Assembly (NCBI GenBank): GCA_026936335.1 | Contig: JAPMXV010000009.1 | Coordinates: 1 to 64,000 of the forward strand | Direction: 5' to 3' | Origin: Mantamonas sphyraenae STR306 | Lineage: Eukaryota > Protista > CRuMs | DNA length: 64,000 bases | Part shown: positions 57,460-64,000 of the stretch, in pieces | Numbering within the stretch: position 1 is the first letter of the stretch | Layout: each line of letters opens with the position of its first letter | Translations under genes and position numbers: made by a program | Notes under the pieces: model-generated | Told to the model about the DNA's origin: nothing | Seen by the model: the letters and a program-made list of their open reading frames with translations, nothing else | The model's database searches: none

Positions 57460-60400
57460 TCACAAAACCTCGCCCCATCCCGTGCACCGGTTCATGTTGG
57501 CGTGGTGGCAACGCAGACACACCTTGGCGGGCACCTTGTTGAAGGGAATTGACCGCTCACAGCGCCGGCAAGTCACATTGAAACGGCGAGTGTTGCACCC
57601 GGAACACATGACTGCCAGCTCGCAGTTGCTGTCAAATACCTGCCCGTTGCACCGAATGCACTTGCTTCCCATCGTCGCCGAGCATTTTTGGCACACATAC
57701 GTGTTGCCGCTGTTGCCAAACACGTGCTTGTTGCAAAATCCACGTGTCTGCCCATCCTGTGCCAGGTCCACTTGCACTTTGTACGCTCCAGCCTTTGTCT
57801 GACCATTTACACTCAAGTCCAGCAAGAACCTTCCCGTGTGGCCGATCTTTGGCAGCTTGAACTGCACACACACACGCCCATTCGCCCCAGCTTCCGATCG
57901 CTGCTCGCTCTTGCGGTTCAAACGCACCACTGCCCAGTTTGATGAGGACAGTGCATCCGCCACGTTTCCATACTGGTCATGCAGCACAGCTTCGGTCGTG
58001 TGCCACAGATCCTGCCCATCGCCGCACTCTCGCCACACCTCCTCCTCATACAGCAGGTAGCTGTTGCGTGGGTGTGCTGGCCCTGCAATCACTCTGCCAC
58101 ACAGGCCGTTCTCCCCGAGCAGCTCTCTGCACGAAATCCACAGCTGGCCTGCCTTGGACGCCACAAGCGAAACCGCAAGCAGGCCCGCCTCTTCTGCCAC
58201 CATCGCCATCGTCGGCACAAGCGTTTCATGTCCGTCCTCGTTCACCACATACGCTCGCAGATTCACACACGAGCGACATCGTTCCACGCTCTCCTCTGAA
58301 AGGGCCACTACGACCGTGGAAAGCTCGCCTGCAACCACCACGATCGACTCTCCGTCCACAATCACTCCTGCTTGAACCAATTGCCTCGCTGCATGTTCCC
58401 GCTCTGTCCAAATCGCCGTTTCCGATGCCGTTCGCGACAGCGAGTCCCCTTCCAGCTCATCCATCTCTGCAAACAACTGCTCCACTGCGCCACCCTCTCC
58501 CTGACCCATCTTTCCCTTGCCCTTTCCCTTGGACTGGCCCTTTGCTTTGCCTTTGCCCTTGCCCTTGCGTTCTTTGCGGCCAAAGCCCATCTCCCCCGCC
58601 GCCCCATCGTCAATCCGCAAAAAGTACCCTCGCGGCAGTCCCTGCACGTCTTCCATCACGTGCACAGCGCGCGCAAGCCGTCCAAACATATCCTTTGCAT
58701 CCTGGGACGCCGTAGTGTCCCGCAAATCCTTCATCGTGATCGCCAGCGCCCCGAGAGACTCGCTCAGCTCGTGTGCCTGGCCCAGTGCCAGCATCGGAAC
58801 AATGTAGTCCAGCACCTCCTCGCCGTAGAACTGGGCGTACACGCCGTAGCATCGCTTCAGGTTTGCCACGGCGCTCAGTTTCTCCGAGCTCGTCGTGTTT
58901 CCTTTGAGAAGACACCTCGACAGCGCAGCGCTTGACCGCCCAACAATCGGATGGTCTGACAAGACCACTTGGATCCCCTCGTGAGCATGCTGATACGTCT
59001 TCAACGCCATCGCAATGTCTCCGCTCGCTTCAAAGAGCTCTCCCAGTGTCAGCAGCCCCAGTAGCGTGTCCTCGCTGTACGGTCCAAAGAAACTGTTGCA
59101 GATGCGCAAACCCTCACGTGCCACTTCCAACCCATCCTTCACCCTGCCCAGATCGTTGTAGATGCGCGCAATCTTGAAAATCGTCCCCGTCACCTCGCGG
59201 TCGTGTGTTCCAAACACAAGTTCCAGCTGCGCTTTGTACTCCAACTGCACTTCCAAGTCCGTCAGCCTCCCATGTTGCCTGTTGTCTGCACTGCTGCTGC
59301 TGCTGCCTTCTTCCGGCCGAGAGCCGCCCTTTTTGCGACGCGCCCAATCAAACAGCTGCGAGTAGATCAGGTCCGAGAACTGCAGTGTCTTCACCTTGGC
59401 CTCCACAGGCAGCACATCCTCCTTGCTAAACGGGGCCGCCTTGTCAAACGCGCGACGGTCCATGAAACAGCGCTCCATGCACTCTTTCGTGAAACGGACG
59501 CCCGTGATGCGCTGCATACGGGTCAGTAGCGAAAACTTGGGTGTGTTGCGACGCAAGTCGTACCCGGGGTGCAGCTCCTCCTCCGTCAGGCATCCGGCAA
59601 ACTTGCGTTGCACAGCCTGCTTCAGATCCACCAGCCAATACTGCGTGCTCCGCTTGCTCGTGCCCAGCACCAGATTGAAGTACCTCAGCACTACAATCGT
59701 GTAGTGTTCCTCCTGCACCCCCTCCATGCTCTCCACCGACCGCCATTCTTGCCGCAGCGTGTTCTTCAGAATCCGTGCCACCATTTCCATCAACATGAAA
59801 TTCTTGTGATAGGTGTGCTCCAGCTCGTGCCTCAGCTTGCCCATGTGCCTCACATTGATCCCTGCCTTGTGCATCAGCTCCACCAGCCGTACATGGTCAA
59901 TCGGGATGGCGTTGCGGTTGTTCAGCTCGCGCGCAAACTTTGGAATCACCTCACGCATCATACGCTGTGTGGCACGCACAATCTCGTCGTGGTGCCTGTG
60001 TGCATCGTGCAAACACTCTACGCTGTTTTCCGCCGCCACCACACACTTGCTGCATGTGGCAAAACCGGAAAACGCGTCTGAACTCAATGGCTCCGCGTTC
60101 TTGCGCACAAGCTCTGGTCGCAGCAGGTTGTACAGATGGGCTCCAAACGACGACACTAGCACAGCTGTGCCGTAGATGCGTCGGTTGCTCATTTTGGACG
60201 CCCGCTGGTTGAACTCGGCCTTGTTGCGTGCGTTCATCTTGTTCCTGTCGCACACGAGCACTCCTTCCGACAGCGTGATCATCTGAGGATGCTGTCCAAA
60301 CACGGCCTTCAACCCCTGACGCCAGTTTCCCTTGCGTGCGATGCGGATGGGTGCTTCAGCGTTTGCTGGCACAAACGTGATTTTCGCTGCCATCTGCGTG

Positions 60401-63288
60401 GGCGCTTCCGGAGGAAATAGACGCGCCAGATCCAAGAGGTACAGCTGATCATCCGAACCCATGTGTGCCTCCATGTCTGCGGGTCCATTGCACAGCGTCA
60501 TCTTGTCCCCCGAGCCGACAACATGCGCAGCCAAGTTTAGCTGCCTCGTCGCCTGCGCCACACGTGCGTTGACCCATGGCGTGTCAAAGTGAAGGGTTCG
60601 TGCTTGGTCGTCTGTGCCATACACGATGCTGTCCTTGCCGCCAATGGGCAGGATCGACGCACATACGAGCCGGTGACCACGGTAGTCGATCAAGGCCATC
60701 AACGGCAGGTTGATGCCAGGCACATTGCAATGCACCAACGCTTCCAGGGCGTTCAGCTCGTGGTTTGCGCTCTTCATCGCGTAATAGTCGCCGCCGTACA
60801 GATGGTTGCTGTCGCGCGTAAACTTGAACAGGATCTGGCGGCACACAAACTTTTGCCCGCCGGCCACGCCGCCCAGAGACACAGGAGGGATTGTTTTGTC
60901 TTTGTCCGCCACATTCACCTCGGTGATGATGATTTTGGCAATCACAGCCGCTGCCGCGACAAACTGCTCGTTCACGCTGCGGATTTTGATGTGCCGCTTC
61001 AAGCTGTCCTCCTCCGCCTGCGCCTCCTGCAACAGCTCGTTCCATGGCCGTTCCATGGGTAGTCCCTGATCATCCAGGCTGCTCTTGTACATTGTCGTCA
61101 GCGTGGTGTTCAGCTCACGAGTGTCCAGCAGCTCGCCCTTGGGGTTGGCCATCACTCCCACGGGACCCATGCTCGCCACCATGTCGTCGCCTGCAGCTCC
61201 TTCCACAGCCTTGCCAAACCGGGCGCCCGCGTCTCCAAACCCGTCATTGTCCTCGTCATCGCCGAGAAGCGCGTTGTCTTCGTACGTTTCCAACATCACG
61301 TTGCCCAGCAGAGACTCGAGCGACGCCAGATGCGACCCTTGCGGCAGAGAACTCTTTCTAGATGCGTTGGCAGTCTCAGCGTCATCTTGCTGCTCGTCCT
61401 CCTCGCTGTCGTTCAGCGCACTGCGGTCGTACGTCTCCATGTTCCACGCGTCGTGGTCCGTGCCATCGTACGACGTGTACTTGAGGGCATGCTGGTTGTA
61501 CGTCGAATCTTCCGTGTCCAGGTCCAGTTGCTCCGTTTGGCTGTCCTGCACCTTCTCGAGCGATGAGTAAACGTCTTTGTATGCGTCGATCTGGGCGCTT
61601 GCCGAGCCAACTGTTTCTGGCTGCTCCTTTTCCATGTACGCCCGATACGCAGTGGTGTTGTACGTCGCCTCTGCCGCATAGGCGTACAGGGCGTGCTCCT
61701 GCGTCTCTTCCACGCTCTCCTCTGCGGTAACACTCGCTTGTGCTTCTGCCTCGAGCGCACCGCTGTTTCCTTCAGCCACCATGTTGCCATCGTCGTCCAG
61801 CGCAAAGGCAATGTTTAGTGCCTCGGCTGCATCTTGTCCCAATGCACGCGCAACGTCGATGGCCTTTTTCGCTTTCCACTCGTCCACACCCAATTCCAGC
61901 AGGTTCGCCAGCACGGATTCTTCCTTCTCCGAGTATTGCGCCTTGCGTTCTGACCCGCCGTTCGCACTGTTGCTGCTGCTGGCACCGCTATCGCCGCCTA
62001 AATCGAATGTCTGCGCGGCGTAAGCGTCCAGCTCCGGGTTGCCGCTGTCGTTGCCTGGCTCTTCATCGTCGGCAATCTCCCAGACAAGCTCCATGGCCCG
62101 CGAAACGTCGCCTTGTTCCACTGCACGCTCAACAGCCAATCGGGCCTTCCAGTCGGGCACGCCCAGAGCTGCCAGTTCCGCCAGCATCGGGTGTTCCGAA
62201 CCATGCTCTGCACGTTGTTGCTCCTCGTCCATGGAGAACGTCTGCGCGGCGTATGCTGCGATGGGATCCGACTGCGATGCGTCCTGCTCTTCGCCATCCT
62301 CGTCCTCCTGCAAGGGAAACGTCTGCGCGGCGTATGCGCTGATCACTTCGTTGTCCTCCACAACCTCGCCCTCCGCTGATTCGACCTCGTCCATGGGAAA
62401 TGATTGGTCGGCAGAATAGGCATGGTGAATGCTTTCTTCCTCGTCTTGGTTCATGGGAATGGCGGACGCGGTGTATGCAGCCAGGACTGCGTCCTCGTCT
62501 GCTGCGCCATTTGTTGCTCCCGCAGAGTCCATGGCAAACGTCTGTGACGCATACGCATCCAGATCAGCGTCGATGCTTACAGAGGGGTTTTCGTCGTCAC
62601 CAATCTCCCACACCAGCTCCATGGCGTTGGAAACGTCGCCTGCGGCGAGTGCTCGCTCGACCGCAACGGCGGCTTTCCACTTGGCCACGCCGAGACCCTG
62701 GAGTTCCGCCACCATGGGATGCAGAGGTGCCGAGGAGGTGTCACCAGCCGCTGGTGCATCGTCCTGCTGCATGGAAAACGTCTGTGCGGCATAGGCGGCG
62801 ATGGTATCCTCGTCGCCGCCGGCACCCTCTTCGTCTTCGCCGTCGCTGTCGCCCATGGGGAATGTCTGAGACGCGTAGGCATTGATGATTGAGTTGTCTA
62901 CACTGTGGGACGCGGTATCTACGTCCAGTGGGAAGGACTGGTCGGCGGAATAGGCGTGGTGGACGGCATCGTCACCGGAGCCCCTCTCTTCGTTCATCGC
63001 AAACGTTTGCGAGGCGTACGCTGCGATGAGGTCTGTCCCATCGTCTCCTCCAGCGGTGGTGGATCCCATGTCGAACGTTTGGTCAGCGTAGGCGTTGAGT
63101 GCCTCGTCGTCAGCACCATCGTGTGGCAACGAGGCCTGTTCAGGAGCCTCGTCGTCTGCGATCTCCCAGACGAGGTCCATGGCGTTGGAGACGTCTCCGG
63201 CGGCACGGGCCCGCTCCACGGCCAGTTTGGCCTTCCACAGGGGCACGCCCATTTGTGTGAGCTCGTCCTGGACTTGCTGGTCGAGCAT
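57460..63288 (-). CDS. Clu (clustered mitochondria)-domain protein, 1942 aa: UBA-like/QT repeats, CLU domains, TPR, Ig-like region, C-terminal PHF5-like zinc domain
   Basis: Intronless ORF. CLU motifs WNE..Q, GGVAGGQKF...ILFKF, K.A.HEL, PLMALIDYRGHRL, YG.DD, YLLDLARLFPPE, LLRPELV, MHKAGINVRHMG and EMVAR..K. Confidence 0.9.
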   Translation of the reverse strand: MLDQQVQDELTQMGVPLWKAKLAVERARAAGDVSNAMDLVWEIADDEAPEQASLPHDGADDEALNAYADQTFDMGSTTAGGDDGTDLIAAYASQTFAMNEERGSGDDAVHHAYSADQSFPLDVDTASHSVDNSIINAYASQTFPMGDSDGEDEEGAGGDEDTIAAYAAQTFSMQQDDAPAAGDTSSAPLHPMVAELQGLGVAKWKAAVAVERALAAGDVSNAMELVWEIGDDENPSVSIDADLDAYASQTFAMDSAGATNGAADEDAVLAAYTASAIPMNQDEEESIHHAYSADQSFPMDEVESAEGEVVEDNEVISAYAAQTFPLQEDEDGEEQDASQSDPIAAYAAQTFSMDEEQQRAEHGSEHPMLAELAALGVPDWKARLAVERAVEQGDVSRAMELVWEIADDEEPGNDSGNPELDAYAAQTFDLGGDSGASSSNSANGGSERKAQYSEKEESVLANLLELGVDEWKAKKAIDVARALGQDAAEALNIAFALDDDGNMVAEGNSGALEAEAQASVTAEESVEETQEHALYAYAAEATYNTTAYRAYMEKEQPETVGSASAQIDAYKDVYSSLEKVQDSQTEQLDLDTEDSTYNQHALKYTSYDGTDHDAWNMETYDRSALNDSEEDEQQDDAETANASRKSSLPQGSHLASLESLLGNVMLETYEDNALLGDDEDNDGFGDAGARFGKAVEGAAGDDMVASMGPVGVMANPKGELLDTRELNTTLTTMYKSSLDDQGLPMERPWNELLQEAQAEEDSLKRHIKIRSVNEQFVAAAAVIAKIIITEVNVADKDKTIPPVSLGGVAGGQKFVCRQILFKFTRDSNHLYGGDYYAMKSANHELNALEALVHCNVPGINLPLMALIDYRGHRLVCASILPIGGKDSIVYGTDDQARTLHFDTPWVNARVAQATRQLNLAAHVVGSGDKMTLCNGPADMEAHMGSDDQLYLLDLARLFPPEAPTQMAAKITFVPANAEAPIRIARKGNWRQGLKAVFGQHPQMITLSEGVLVCDRNKMNARNKAEFNQRASKMSNRRIYGTAVLVSSFGAHLYNLLRPELVRKNAEPLSSDAFSGFATCSKCVVAAENSVECLHDAHRHHDEIVRATQRMMREVIPKFARELNNRNAIPIDHVRLVELMHKAGINVRHMGKLRHELEHTYHKNFMLMEMVARILKNTLRQEWRSVESMEGVQEEHYTIVVLRYFNLVLGTSKRSTQYWLVDLKQAVQRKFAGCLTEEELHPGYDLRRNTPKFSLLTRMQRITGVRFTKECMERCFMDRRAFDKAAPFSKEDVLPVEAKVKTLQFSDLIYSQLFDWARRKKGGSRPEEGSSSSSADNRQHGRLTDLEVQLEYKAQLELVFGTHDREVTGTIFKIARIYNDLGRVKDGLEVAREGLRICNSFFGPYSEDTLLGLLTLGELFEASGDIAMALKTYQHAHEGIQVVLSDHPIVGRSSAALSRCLLKGNTTSSEKLSAVANLKRCYGVYAQFYGEEVLDYIVPMLALGQAHELSESLGALAITMKDLRDTTASQDAKDMFGRLARAVHVMEDVQGLPRGYFLRIDDGAAGEMGFGRKERKGKGKGKAKGQSKGKGKGKMGQGEGGAVEQLFAEMDELEGDSLSRTASETAIWTEREHAARQLVQAGVIVDGESIVVVAGELSTVVVALSEESVERCRSCVNLRAYVVNEDGHETLVPTMAMVAEEAGLLAVSLVASKAGQLWISCRELLGENGLCGRVIAGPAHPRNSYLLYEEEVWRECGDGQDLWHTTEAVLHDQYGNVADALSSSNWAVVRLNRKSEQRSEAGANGRVCVQFKLPKIGHTGRFLLDLSVNGQTKAGAYKVQVDLAQDGQTRGFCNKHVFGNSGNTYVCQKCSATMGSKCIRCNGQVFDSNCELAVMCSGCNTRRFNVTCRRCERSIPFNKVPAKVCLRCHHANMNRCTGWGEVL

Positions 63289-63352
63289 GGGAGAAGGTCT
63301 TGTGGTTCAGTTTGCGCCCGACCGCACACTCCAACCATCTCCGCAGCCGTGG

Positions 63353-64000
63353 ATGAGCGAGGCACAAACAGAGCCGAGAATGATTGTGGGTGACGAGGAG
63401 GATGTGGAGGAGGAGGAGGAGGAGGAAGAGAGCGAAGAGGGGGAGGAGGTGGACGAGGAGTGGGAGGACGTGGACGACAACGGGCAGGCGATTGGAGATG
63501 ACGAGCTGGACGGATGGGAAGACGCCGGTGATGGAACGGGGTTTGTAGAGCCAGGCGAGCCAGGCTTGGAGGCGAAGGGCAAAGGAAACGCAGCAGACAC
63601 GGCGTGCGTGTACGCCTTTGCCAGCGATTTTGTGAACCACCAAAAGGTGGCACACAACCGTGGCCACACGCACGGGCGTAGCGGAGACTGTGTGTATGTA
63701 GAGGTGGCGCTTGTGCAAGAGGAAGGCCTTGAGCTGCTGACGTTGACCGAACCACGGCCGTTCCGTGTGCATCGGCTTCTGACGATGTTTGCCATCGACC
63801 GAGACACACTGAGTGTGCACGAGAGTGCGTTTGACAACCGCATGTTTCTGCTGCGCGACAACCTGGGCCTGTTTGTGGTGCTGCAGCTGCACCCGGTGAC
63901 AGCGAAGCAGGCGTCGCAGCCGGTGGAAACGCTGCTGCACCTGGTGTCGCCTGACCACATCTGTGAAACCAGCATGATGACCAAACGTGACCACCACCTG
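63353..64000 (+). CDS. Uncharacterised protein with an acidic N-terminus; truncated by the window edge
   Basis: ATG at 63353 opens a stop-free frame to the window end (MSEAQTEPRMIVGDEEDVEEEE...). Divergent from the Clu gene; missing from the ORF track because it has no stop. Confidence 0.7.
   Translation, partial: MSEAQTEPRMIVGDEEDVEEEEEEEESEEGEEVDEEWEDVDDNGQAIGDDELDGWEDAGDGTGFVEPGEPGLEAKGKGNAADTACVYAFASDFVNHQKVAHNRGHTHGRSGDCVYVEVALVQEEGLELLTLTEPRPFRVHRLLTMFAIDRDTLSVHESAFDNRMFLLRDNLGLFVVLQLHPVTAKQASQPVETLLHLVSPDHICETSMMTKRDHHL

Overview
Left end of a linear chromosome from a GC-rich, very gene-dense eukaryote. It is most likely a free-living flagellated protist (inference from TEX9, mitochondrial YME1, RalGAP-beta and ATG11); the species cannot be fixed from sequence alone. 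The window opens with a (CCCTAA)n telomere, followed by 21 complete protein-coding genes and one truncated gene. Introns are short and spliceosomal (GT-AG, one GC-AG, recurrent GCTGAC branch point), and intergenic gaps are often only 17-80 nt. Recognisable genes: purple acid phosphatase, a triple ependymin-related protein, arginine deiminase, RalGAP-beta, neutral ceramidase (1-nt frameshift), an HSF-type factor, penta-ubiquitin, ATG11/RB1CC1, a CtlX-like pentein hydrolase, a flavin amine oxidase, YME1/FtsH4, a CS+Sel1 protein, NSE1, TEX9, a half-size TMEM135 and a Clu-domain protein. The best candidates for undescribed biology are four. (1) A telomere-adjacent protein with a likely NLS, built from four copies (A-B-A-B) of an unrecognised winged-helix-like module whose differences cluster in short hypervariable patches; it sits tail-to-tail with a hypervariable LRR-ankyrin protein ending in an F-box-like motif. 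(2) A single-chain Ras-Ras-WD40-8TM protein directly upstream of RalGAP-beta. (3) A Clu/TPR protein with UBA-like/QT-motif arrays and a complete PHF5/Rds3-like zinc domain. (4) An arginine deiminase plus CtlX-like pair, both with N-terminal extensions. Exon boundaries were read by eye and family calls come from remembered motifs; no database searches were run.
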